The notes under the pieces were generated by a model. The model was given only the letters and a program-made list of their open reading frames with translations. It searched no databases and had not been told where the DNA came from. The position numbers were made by a program, and so were the translations under genes. Below are positions 1-11,293 of a stretch of 64,000 bases of DNA, piece by piece (the first letter of the stretch is position 1; every line of letters begins with the position of its first letter). This DNA is from Anthoceros angustus (lineage: Eukaryota; Plantae; Anthocerotophyta), in contig MU008181.1 in the NCBI GenBank assembly GCA_010909165.1, positions 868,001 to 932,000 of the forward strand. The letters are read 5' to 3'.

Positions 1-85
1 TAAAAAATTGATGGATTCGAAAAATGACCCAGGCAGAAACACGCATTTTCTGCTGAAAACAGCAAAGGTGAGCTGTTCGTCTAAG

Positions 86-498
86 GAATCAGGAGCCAGA
101 TAAATTTGAAGCTTCTGTTAGCCATACCTTTCTTAGCTGTGCTGGAGTGCCCACTGCCTAATCAGTTTCTGATGCTGCAGCTATATCTTTCCTATGGACT
201 CATTCAATCCATTACCACAACGGCATCAGTCCTGTGTGCTGCTCTGCAAAGGCGCCATCTCATGGTATGATTCCCTAGTATTCCATGCAATCCTTCCTAA
301 TGGAGCTCATCAGCTGGAAAGGAATATCTGCTGATAATTGCCATGTGTTTGCAGGTGTGGGGCCTGTTCGCACCGAAATATGTCTTTGATGCTGTGGGCT
401 TGATAGTGACTGACGTTTGCATTCTGCTGGGAGCGCTGGTAGTCGTATGCTGCAAACCAACGAGCTCTAGTCGTAAATCGGTGAAAATAAACCACTGA
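86..498 (+). CDS. PIGO: 3' exons of GPI ethanolamine phosphate transferase 3 (PIG-O/GPI13-like); gene starts upstream of the window
   Basis: An exon ending at 264 (LYLSYGLIQSITTTASVLCAALQRRHLM, GT at 265) splices to exon 355-498 (VWGLFAPKYVFDAVGLIVTDVCILL...KINH*). RRHLMVWGLFAPK is the characteristic PIG-O C-terminal motif. The 5' boundary of the first exon (86) is approximate. Confidence 0.9.
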
Positions 499-2599
499 TG
501 TATGCACATATTTTGAGATGTGCCGTCCTTATCAAGGAAGAAGAGTATCGACACCCGCAAATAGAGTCGCCGGGCTCATTGTGCCTGAAGTCAGGATGCC
601 GGGGACTCTTTCTTTATCCTGCCTTGATGTCCCAACATGGATTTGAGTCTGAAATGAGTTGGTCCTGCCTCTCACTCTCAGGATGCCGGCCTGATGTCCC
701 AGCAGTGATTTGCGTCTGAAATGAGCTGCTCCTGTCAATGTTGTTGTTGTGGGAGAGACGAGCTTGAATTTCATCTAAAGTCGTAACGGAAGGCAGATGT
801 ATAATTGTTGAAAGTAAGGTAGGTACAGACGAACCTGGTCACCATTCTTGGAAACTCTGGTTTCTGTAGAGTGGAAGGCTTTTATCCTTGAAAGGCATAT
901 ATGTAGGTATGACGATCCAAGCTGCCGTTCATACAGGTGATCAGATCGTCCACTTGCTAGTATGTGTACAACATCATCGTCATTTTACCCATTCCATTTT
1001 TAATGCCAAATTTCATATTTTAAAGGAAAAATTTATAGGGAGGAGAGCTATAAGCTCCCTGGTTGTCCAGAAAAAATCAATACTTGTATTCCGAAGTCAA
1101 GGCAACAAAATGGAATCGGACCCTAACTCCCCACAGACAAGGGAAAACTTTAAACTGCTCAAGATTCGTTCCACTCCGGAATGTTGAGCCTCCTCCAGCT
1201 CGGGCCTTTTATTCTTGTTATTTAGTCGGTGCTCCAGTTAAGTGGGTATGTAAGATGAAGTGAAACACTAGTGTCTTAATTATCCTAGTGTCTTAATATG
1301 ACTAGTGTCTTAATTAATATCTAATGATAAATAATACTTCTTAACATATCCACCTATTCTTATTTATGCTTGCATATTTACTCCGTAGTTGCGTCCATAT
1401 CCTCGTTCGTATTGCCTGTTACACTTCATGCATGTACATTGAAAATTTTTTAAACGCACTAATTTGATCTTCACTCTGCACATGGTAATTTTTGCCCTCT
1501 AGTGTAACTTACTGCTGGTATTTCGATAAGAAGCAAATGTAGAGGCCTTTCACCCTCTAGTGTTGCTAATTACTCCAATCTTTGCGACACCATCTTTGCT
1601 ATCGACCAAGGCTGTACATTGTGATCTGTGAAAGGTGTCATATTTTTGCTCATTCAATTTGAAACATACATTCAAATGGTTGAGGGAATGGGTTACTTAT
1701 TTGATAAAGGCAATGATTCAAACCCGTGAAAGCTAAAACCTGGGCACACGTGAACATCCTCGTAAACCAAAATGGCAAAGGAATGATGCATAGGCTATGA
1801 CCACAGCTGCCAGGTGCTTACTCAAGCGCTTGACGAGGCAGGAGTTGGGGAGAACGAAGATGCCACGTCCATGAGTAAGAACGATGGTTTTGATGACCCG
1901 GAAGTGGAGCGCATGTGGAACTTAGAAGTGGTCATACATTCAGTGTTGGCTCAAGGCCCCGATGAGTTACAGATTAGTCCCCATGGCGGACCATTCGCTG
2001 CTAGCGGCTTGCATGTGCTCATTTTAAAGTTTATTGTTTTTATCCCAGTCAATGTGGACGCCGCCATGTCGGCGTTCACACACAACCTTCAGTTTTGTTT
2101 CTTTCCAAAGTAGAACCATGTTTAGTTGTGATCTGAATTTATTGAATGGTGTCCATGAACGCATCACGGAGGGCGCTCGCCGGCCGGTACCCTAGACAGG
2201 CTCTCTATCATTTCAACTGAAAAAATGCAGACTTTCTGTTTGTGGACAGAACAACAAGGGTAATGTCATTATGATATGATAAATGGGCTGAAACCTTCTT
2301 TTCAGAACTGTATCGATTTCGTGAAGGGGGTCCAAAACTAAAAGAAGGGGGTTCGAATATTCACCCCCTTTAAGGAATGTGGTGTTCTAAGTGGACTAGA
2401 ACAGCCTTCTTCAACCCGATGAATCACCACAAGCATTAATTACAACACATTCTGGCATAGCTAGCATGTGCTGAGCAGAAGACAAGCTACCACTGCAACC
2501 TAAATGCCCCAAGTTTTATACAAGTTGTAATAGCTTCTTAGCTACACACCAAGCTAGCACTTGATGAAGAGGGTTGAAGTCCACAAGACCTGGGAAGTC

Positions 2600-3340
2600 T
2601 ACACATTGTCTGCAATCTTGATAAAGGACTTAGTAAAGCTGAGAAATACCATTACAATGATTAGGAGTAACTTATTTTTGTCAAGCAAGTAACTTATTAC
2701 GGGCCAAATGTGTAAAAAAAGACATCAAGGTATTGATCACCAAGCCGAGAGGATTGGATAATCACAACTTGCCCGAGCATTTTTGCAAGTTACCACAACC
2801 TCAAGGCAAACTCCGTCCAAGTGGTAACGGTATTTTTTCAACGTCTCCTCATACATTCTCATGGATAGATGGATGGCTATAGTTCTTCTCTTTTCAATTT
2901 CTCTTTGCTACACTAGTCAAAAGTAACAATTCTTTAATGTATCTATGTATCATCACTCAAAATAATTTATTCTAATTTAAAATATAATATCTAAGTTTCC
3001 TTGCAAATACTAAGGAAGTTCACATACATAACAAAAGATCTAGTCACTATTCAAGCATGTCTTTAAATGGATTGGCCTCTTCTTGCCTAAACATATGAAA
3101 TTTCAAAAGATCCTTCTAAAATTTGGGCGAATTTGTAAGTACGTTAACATAGTTCTCCAAAAGATAATTAAGTTTCCAAATGTCATAATCACCCATCTTG
3201 ACTACCTCATAGTTCTCCAAATGATCATTAAGTTTCCAAATGTCATAATCACCCATCTTGACTACCTCGCGATCATATGCAATCACAACTTCCTCGTAAT
3301 TATCCCAATTATCGAGTGATTCCTTCAATGTTTGGAACAT
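2600..3340 (-). pseudogene. Possible decayed hAT-like transposase C-terminal (dimerisation) fragment
   Basis: The minus-strand translation with stops reads PLGRSLP*GCGNLQKCSGKL*LSNP...SFFTHLARNKLL. This loosely resembles the hAT dimerisation pattern (P.LQK.A.K.LS...WS.F..IH.K.RN.L). No TIRs were found. Confidence 0.3.
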
Positions 3341-3800
3341 TTCCTATACTAGGGTCGAAGACATACACAATATATTCCGACTTGTGTCCAAGTTTCCATT
3401 TTAGGTGCACACCATGCTTATATATAAATAGGGGTACCGGTGTTGGAATCATTGCTTACTGGATTCCTTAGATCACGACATATTCCAACTTGTGTCCAAG
3501 TTTCCATTTTAGGTGCACACCATGCTTATAAATAGGGGTACCGGTATTGGAATCATTGCTTATTGGATTCCTTAGATCACGAATAATGGGATTTTTACAG
3601 TCACCTGCATACATGGGTCTCGTAAAAAACATACTCTCGCCAATCTATCATGGATACCACCAATCTATCATGGATACCACTTCATGTTACTGCATAAGCT
3701 GTAGATGATGCTCCACTGAAAAATTAAACTTTTGGAGATCTGGAAACTTGTATCCACAAAGAAACGTCTTAACAAGTACAAACGTCTTAACAAGTACATA
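3148..3800. repeat. Cluster of local direct tandem duplications (~60 bp x2, ~107 bp x2, 20 bp x2, 18 bp x2)
   Basis: AGTTCTCCAAA...GACTACCTC twice (~3150-3270). ATATTCC(G/A)ACTTGTGTCC...TTAGATCACGA twice (~3370-3580). CAATCTATCATGGATACCAC twice (~3641-3680). AAACGTCTTAACAAGTAC twice (~3762-3798). Confidence 0.9.
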
Positions 3801-4372
3801 GTAGGATTGGCCGTCGTAATAGTAGAAAAGAGAAAAACGTCCAAAGGTTTGCCTATGATCTTATGAGCGAGATACTTCAAACGGACAGCCGGGGTAGAGA
3901 ATTAGGGCAGAGGCAATGACTTTTTTTAATACTTCCACCAGGATAGCGCTATGACATATTGTATCTATATAGGCTGTGGTTCAAAGACACAACAATACTC
4001 GAGAGAAATCAGTTGATTGCAAATTACAATGTAGGCTCCAAAGTCCAAGGAGTCTGTCGGTCCTTGGACCATGGATAGGGGACGCATGAAGCAAGTTTAT
4101 CGGGCCGGAGGGAGCTCAGGAGGATCATTCATGGGGAGCCCAGGAGGGTCATTCATGGGGAGCTCATGGACTTTGTGGCAAGGCTGTATGACATTCGGTT
4201 GGCGTTGGTGAATCGACATCCGGACAGTGACACAGAAGACTGCTAGGACTCCCTCGGAGTGGAACTTGGAAAAGGACATTGCTCGATATCTTTGCTGGTC
4301 TCTTTTGTGAGCGTTGTAGGCACCTATATATGTATGTGAGGGGGAGGCGAAAGTATTGTTGGATCCCTGGAG

Positions 4373-7300
4373 ATGGATTCAGCGAGAGGACAGGATGCCT
4401 CGGGCCCGCCCAGAGGAGCACCGCGCGGGGTGTGCGGCCAGGAGTTTGCTGCTGCCCGAGCATTGGAGATCAAGGCTCTTCACGCCGTGCTCAAGGAGAG
4501 CCCCGTTTCTAGGTCTGAAGTTTTGCCTCGCCATCTCCGACGGCGGACCACCAGTCATAATCGGCGGCAGAGTACTTTCTGGACAAAGAAGCTGAGGATG
4601 AGAAAAACCGGTAGAGATAGTAAGCAACCAATGGAGGGAGAGGGGGATGAGGGGGAGAACACGCAGATGAAGCCTCCTAGCAGGCGGGTGAGGCGGCGGT
4701 TGGAGCTGAAGGGGGACCCCGGAGGCGGGGGAGGCAAGTCCCGGGATGGTACCCAGCGCCTGGTTACGCACGTCTGGCATGCCAAGAGATTAAAAATGAC
4801 GAAGTTGTGGGGGCACTGGCTGGCAGAAGGTTTTACTGGCAGGTAATTTGATGGTGTAAGGGAAGCACTAGTTTTTGTTTTTGGACTCTCTTGTAGTTGC
4901 GATGTTTTGACTATTGCCTTCTATCCTGTAGGGGGAAAGGTTCCAGGGCTGTGATCAAGTGGACGAAGGAGTGTGCTCTTCTCCATGACGCAAGTTATTA
5001 CAGTCCTATCGAGCTGGAGGGAGCTGCTGTAAGAGTTTAATGTTGTTGTCATTTTAGGGGCGTGTATTGGTTACTCTAGGGGTTGTTTCTAAGCGTTTCA
5101 GGGATGGGGCAGGGCGATATCCTCCATGTCCTGTCTGCGGTGCTGGACCCCCCTCCACTTGGACTTCAGGAGGTGATGAAAAGTGAAGAGTTTGCAGGTG
5201 CACGATATGGCAATGCTGTGGTGCGTGACATATACGAAATCATCTATCGTGGTCTTTATTTATTTTGAGAGGAATGGTCTAGGTGCGGCAAATGTGCTAA
5301 GTTTGAAACAAGGCTATGCCCTGCTTCGTTCGTATTCACCACCTTTCTTTGGCATGCAGCTCCACCAGCCAGGAAGAGCTCCTCATAGGACTGTTAGTCC
5401 TGTTCAGTATATGTGGCGTCCGACCTGTCCTGCAAACCTGTCAAATGACAGTGGGGAGGAAGAAGTGTCAGTAGCACTTGCAGTTACACGTCATCTTTGG
5501 ATATGGGTTCATCCTGCCGCTCACGAGGAGTCGGTGGAATCACTTCAGGGAGCGTGCAAATTGCAGGTACAGGATACTGCAGACTGTTAGCTGTAGATTA
5601 AGCATCATAAGTGCTTCATGATTGGTTTTAGATGGTCGAGGTCTCATAGTTTTCGACCTTTTCAGGGTGGCTTGGTCAATTGTCGGTCAAGGAGTGGGGA
5701 ATTTGGAAGGCTTGATGTTCTAGGAAGTGGTTCATTGCAAGTCATGCAGAAAGTGCTGCATCCTTATCTTAGGTATGTCACTATCAGAAGAGTGCTGCGA
5801 ATCGGAGTGGGCCAATCAGGGATGTAGGTTCTGACCTCCTTGTATTGTTTACAGAAGCCCCTCACCTAGTGGGAACTGTGAGGAGAAGTCTCAAGACAGG
5901 CTGCAACTGGGAATTCCTGAGATTGAAGCATGTCCAAAGGAGATCAGTCAATCATCAAAACCTGTCCCAGTTGAGCTCTTTGCCAAAGCAGACAATTCTC
6001 TCCCTGGAAGAGCGATTTTGGCCATGGATGTTTATGATCCTCGGGATGCCCCTGACAAGCAAGCCAAATACCTTCCAAGACCGTATTCTATCATTTCCAA
6101 TGCGTCCATGACAAATCAAGACAGTTGCATGGAGGAAGAAGACTGCAGGGATTTGACGAAGGCTGGTGCGGGCAGCCAGGTTACTGAGCTCATTGCAGAG
6201 ACTGACTGTGTGGCTCAACATTGGTGGCATCCGCTCCAGAAGGGGGCTACCCGGGAAACAGAACCTTGTACGTGGGGACTTCCATTGACAGAGAAAGCTC
6301 TAAGTGCAAAGAGGCATCAACAGCGGTTATGTCTGTTTGATCCCTCAAAATCAGGACAAAGGAATGAGACTGTGCAGTCTGGGGGCTCTTCAGGATGCTC
6401 TGTGTTGCTCTTGAGACACGAACATCAATCTCCATCTGCTTGTGGGTAAGAACGTCTGACCTGAATTTAGTTTCTTGCTAGTTAAGAATTTCCCTCTTTA
6501 TGTGGGTTCACCTGAGGGACCTTGGTGCAGGTGGTCTATCATCATGCCCATATCTTGGGTTCGAGCATTCTGGGTACCTCTTGTATTCGCTGGAGGCCAT
6601 GTGATTGGCCTGAGAGAGCTGCGATGGTTGATGACTGATGTGAGTCCTTGTTCTCACTGGTATTTTTAGTCCAGCTGCAGCAACTAGTGACTGTAGTGGA
6701 GTTGGTGTCGTTTCCGTTTCTTCAAACCGTCTTGACCAGTGTTGCTTTGGAATGCAGGCTGGACTTCCTTCGTTTCCTTTTGATTACCCTGATTGCACGG
6801 CTTATGATCAGTATATGCATGAGAAGACAGCTTTGGAGCTGGAAGGCAACAACAAACGTCCCCCCGGAAAGCGGATACCGCTCTGTGCACCCTCCTCATG
6901 GGGTTTCCAGTATGAAAAACAAACAGTAGCTACTACGGACTTAAGTCATTGTGAATTCAAAGTGCAAGCGGGCCCTGATTGCAGTGCCGCGAACACAGAT
7001 ATCCGCAGTCTGGTTGTTGATGGTAGTGCTAATTCAGAAGGATGTGTGGTGGACGCTGAAGATTCAAAGTTGGCTGGAAATGAGTCCACCGAGCCTCAAA
7101 TGGTAGTGTGTGGAACTGGTAGTGGTCAGCAAATGAAGGCACATGATCAGGCCCCAGATGCTGATGGCCCAGTTTCCACAATAGCAACAGTCGAAACACG
7201 GACAGAAGTCCCAGCTCAAGTTCTACATACATGCTCAACGTCGTCACGCGAAAATCAGTCAACCAGCTTTGTCGCCCGGAGTCTGGCTGCGATCACTCAA

Positions 7301-8135
7301 GCTCTTGACGTTGAGGGTATGTTGCATTTGCAGGCGGGTTTCGGCGCAAATGCAGTTTCAGGAGCAACTTACTCCACCCTGAGGAAAGGAGATACTTGCT
7401 TTGTAAGAGTTCTTATCAGGGCTCCAAGGAAGGGATTAATCGAGGAAGGGGCTCTTGTGTGCCTGCCTGCCGCAGAAGATACAGATGCCTGGTTCAGCAG
7501 GTGATCGTTCATGCCTTCATGACGTTGTTTGACACTTCAGGTTATGATCATGCCATCCTTGCTGCTTTATCCTTCTAACAGAATCGACTGGCTGGATGGA
7601 CCAGACTGATACAATGGCAGGGACACCATCTCAAAGGACACGATAAAAAGAGAAAAAAGAAAGACGAAGTTGAACAGTCAGGAGCGAAACTCACAGCAGG
7701 TGAGGGGCAGCGGAAGAGAAGGAAGCTATCCTCTTCAAGCTTCTCCTCAGCAGAGAAACCCGCCCTAGCAGAAGAGCCAGAAGCAAGACCGAGTCTGGAG
7801 TGCAGGGAGCCCATTGGATTTGTGACGTCCTCTGAAGTTCGCGGCAGGTGAGGCTCTCCTGTGCAACTAACTTCATTCTAGAGTTGAAGCATCAGTAGTA
7901 ATTGAAACACCCTTTTGACACTAGAATGCTTTGTCCCAGCAACCCTGCAAAGGCCGTCGCTTTCTGCGAGCTGGTGAAGCTGAGGTCGGCCCAGGACTCA
8001 GACTGGCGTTGGGACAACACCGAGGAGATATTCTTGCTTGTCCGCAACCCGCGATCGGACGTGTACAGACCTGCGCTAGCTACCGTAGTTGTGGACTACC
8101 TGTTGAACCTTGGAAGCCAATCGGTTCCACACTAG
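4373..8135 (+). CDS. POP1: Ribonuclease P/MRP protein subunit POP1 (multi-exon)
   Basis: Exon 1 (4373-4842) has LPRHLRRRTTSHN and RLVTHVWHAKRLKMTKLWG (POP1 N-domain). Internal exons include LHQPGRAPHRTVSPVQYMWRP, RHLWIWVHPAA, WSIIMPISWVRAFWVPL and GLPSFPFDYPDC. C-terminal exons have REPIGFVTS and IFLLVRNPRSDVYRPALAT...*. Exons have GT-AG boundaries; some internal junctions were not resolved exactly. Confidence 0.93.
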
Positions 8136-8526
8136 AACAGTTCCCCACAAAGTGTCGTCATCCCCTATGTTAAGGGTTGCATTGCGGCTCCCAACAAACG
8201 AGACGTTCCAGTGTCAAGATCTCTGTTTTTCGTGCGAGTCAGCGAGCTACGGGGAAGAGGAGCCTCCGGTGATGCTGCTTCACTCACACAGCTTGATCGG
8301 GATGTGCTTTCATCTGAGTTGGATATCCGGTCTAGGACGAGGAAAGAGCGGGCTTAGTTGAGTTGGCTTCGAAACATCGGTTTTCCGCAATGGCCGTCTC
8401 CTGACCGTGGTTCTGTAACACCCACCGTGTCAGGAACGTTTCCGTCTTCCACTCGGTAGACGAAGAGAAGGGATCGTTGGGATCCCTTTGAATTGAGTGG
8501 AGGGCTGGCTGGATCGTCCGGCATCC

Positions 8527-9730
8527 ATGGTGGGCACAGGTGGAGCAGCTCACGCTGGTCGGAATCGGCGTAACGCGCTGCTGGCGGCTTCCGTTCCCAC
8601 TCCATCTCTTCTCTTCTTTTATGCGTTCCTCAACCTGCGTGCAGCAGCAGAGGAGCCAGGCTGGTGGGGCTGGGTCTGTGACAGGGGCTCTAGTCACCCG
8701 ATTGCTCTGCTTAATGTTCTCTTCTTCCTCAACGTTAATGTGCTGTTCTGGATCATCAGCCTGGTGCAACAGAGCACATGGGTGAGCTACCTTCATGCAT
8801 GCTTTATGGCCCAATTAGGGCAGAAAATGGAAGCTGACACTTTGGATGCTTGTCTTGTCCCTCCATGGCTCAGCTCATAGACCTCTACTGGACGGTCTTG
8901 CCTGTGATGATGGGCCACTACTATGCCAGCCACCCTTCAGCCAGCTCTGACAAGTGGCGGTCCAGAGTGGTTCTAGGCCTGCTGTGGCTGTGGAGCTTGC
9001 GCCTCACGCACTCCTACTTCAGACGGGAGAATTGGAACTGGGGCGAGCGAGAAGACTGGAGGTTTGCTGCCCTGCGGGCTAAGCATCAGGGGAACTGGTG
9101 GTGGATGTCCTTCTTCATGGTCTATGTGTCCCAGCAGGTTTGTGTCATATAATCTCGCTCGTGCTGAATCTGGAAGAAGTTTAGTAATGAATGTCATCTC
9201 CACGTGCTTATGTTTTCTTGCTTGCTTGCTGGCAGGTGTTTCTCGTTGGCATTTGCCTCCCCCTGTACACCATCCACAACAGCACCCTGCCCTGGAACAC
9301 CTACGACACACTGACAACGCTGGTGTGCCTCAGCTCCCTGGTCATCGCATACTTCGCAGATACGCAGCTCCACATTTACATGACAAGGAAACAAATCCTG
9401 AAGCAACTGGGAGCCCCTGCACCCCTCGTCCTGCAGCAGGGGCTGTGGTTCTACTCTCGGCACCCTAACTACTTCGGGGAGCAGCTATGGTGGTGGGGGC
9501 TGAGCTTGTTCTCCTGGAACCTGGGGCAAGGCTGGGAGTCCGTGGGTGCTGCAGTCAATTCCGCCTGCCTAGCATATGTCACAGTCCTTGTGGAAAGGAA
9601 GATGCTAGAATCAGAGCCCCGTGCTCCTCAATACAGAGAGTACCAGAGAAGCACGTCTGTCTGCATCCCTTGGTTCAAAGCCAGAAGTGGGCCTGGGAAT
9701 TCACCCAAAGACAGGAAGAAGGCGACCTGA
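8527..9730 (+). CDS. DUF1295 family membrane protein (steroid 5-alpha-reductase-like/ICMT-like fold), 3 exons
   Basis: Exons 8527-8781, 8874-9137 and 9236-9730 with GT-AG introns. Motifs: LIDLYWTVLP, WSLRLTHSYFRRENWNWGEREDWRF, GLWFYSRHPNYFGEQLWWWGL. Confidence 0.9.
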
Positions 9731-9874
9731 CCCGGCGCTGTTCCCTCTCGAAGGCACGTAGCGCAGATAAAGTCGGAGCCTGAGCATATGGCCAACGTGA
9801 TTACATCCGTCTCGGCCTAGGGTTGCCTTACCTTACTGCGTCCGAGGGTTGCATCTGCCTGGCTTGCTGCAGCG

Positions 9875-10528
9875 ATGGAGGACGGGGGAGTGGTGGTGAG
9901 GCGGGTGATCCCGGCCGACAACAGCTGCCTCTTCAACGCCGTGGGCTACGTGATGGAGCACAACAGGGAGAAGGCAGCGGAGTTGAGGAAGGTGATTGCT
10001 TCCGCTGTCAGCAGTGATCCCGAGACGTACTCGGATGCCATTCTGGGGAAGGACAACCAGGAGTACTGCCGCTGGATCCTGACGCCCAGCAAGTGGGGAG
10101 GAGCCATCGAGCTGGCCATCCTGGCGGACCACTACCAGCGGGAGATCGCCGCCTACGACATCCAGACTAAGAGATGCGACGTGTACGGGCAGGGCAAGGC
10201 GTACAAGGAGCGGGTCATGCTCATCTACGACGGCCTGCACTACGACGCCCTGGCCATGGCTCCCTTCCCCGACGCCCCCGACGAGGTGGACCAGACCATC
10301 TTCAACGTGGACAAGAATGGCGGCATCGGCGCTGCTGGTAGCTTGGCGGAGAAGCTCGTCGACGAGTGCCACAGAGCCAGGAAGTTCACGGACACGGGCA
10401 AGTTCACTCTGCGCTGTGGCATCTGCCAGATGGGAGTGGTCGGGGAAACCGGGGCCGCCGAGCATTGCAAGCAGACCGGCCACACCCGCTTCGAGGAGTA
10501 CGTTGCCCCCAAGCCCAGGCCAAGCTGA
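9875..10528 (+). CDS. OTU1/YOD1-type deubiquitinase with C-terminal C2H2 zinc finger (Arabidopsis OTU2-like), intronless
   Basis: Catalytic motifs IPADNSCLF, WGGAIEL and YDGLHYDAL. C-terminal LRCGICQ...EHCKQTGHTRF zinc finger. 217 aa with strongly GC3-biased codons. Confidence 0.95.
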   Translation: MEDGGVVVRRVIPADNSCLFNAVGYVMEHNREKAAELRKVIASAVSSDPETYSDAILGKDNQEYCRWILTPSKWGGAIELAILADHYQREIAAYDIQTKRCDVYGQGKAYKERVMLIYDGLHYDALAMAPFPDAPDEVDQTIFNVDKNGGIGAAGSLAEKLVDECHRARKFTDTGKFTLRCGICQMGVVGETGAAEHCKQTGHTRFEEYVAPKPRPS

Positions 10529-11293
10529 CAACAGCCCAGATAGAGTAGTATGCAGTCCTTTGCTGCTACATCTGTACCATGTTGGTGCTGGTGCTGGTGC
10601 TGGTGCTGATGCTGACAGCATCAACCTTCTTCCATCTCTCCTCTCCTCATATCAATTCGCATTCCAGACTTGATTCTTTGGCCATTTTCACACTAAGGCG
10701 CAGGCTGGGTCCTTGTGAGACATCTGGAGTGCAAACTGCCCAGTGGGGTGACGCATGCAGCAAGAGATGTCTCTCCACAAGGTCTTTGCAAGCCAGATTT
10801 CAGGCTCAAATTCCATGGGTTATCCTTGTCTCTCCACATGTGGCCTAGGTTTGTAGGGGCAGATGTTTTGTACTCTATTTGTGTAGGTGATGTCGAAGCT
10901 CTGACGTCGAGCAGCAATTTGAACATGGAAGGAGGGACAGGGTCTCTTCTCAACATTCTTTGCTCATAACAGTATCAGAAGTACTATGTCATCGTTTCCA
11001 CTTTGATGCACGTTCCTGCTTATGCAGAAAAATAAAGATGAGATGTTACGGAGGGTGTGTCTCGTGCATCACGTGTGTACAATTAACCTGTTCTCGAGCT
11101 TCACGTATGTGATACTACCCTGTCCATGTATGTAGTGGGTACTGCCCTTTCAGGACAGAGAGGTGCGGGGGACAGCCATTGAGATCTGCGCCGCTGGGGA
11201 CTTTTCGAGGAAGGTGTGAACGGAAACCTACTACTTGTGCGGAAGGGCTATGTGCACGCACATGGTCACGGAGGCAGGAGAGGAGGAGGCACA

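Noticed and set aside
1590-2113. Possible pogo/DDE_1 transposase remnant (KPSFLLMDVASS on the minus strand) or the 99-aa plus ORF
   Set aside because: Only one short motif matches and no TIR or TA TSD was found, which is too weak to call.
4097-4279. 60-aa minus-strand ORF with a LPMNDPP repeat, divergent from POP1
   Set aside because: It is short, explained by a ~24-bp local duplication in the POP1 upstream region, and has no homology.
8332-8814. 160-aa minus-strand ORF
   Set aside because: It overlaps DUF1295 exon 1 in antisense and has no recognisable motif.
9833-10624. 263-aa minus-strand ORF
   Set aside because: Antisense shadow of the GC3-rich OTU gene.
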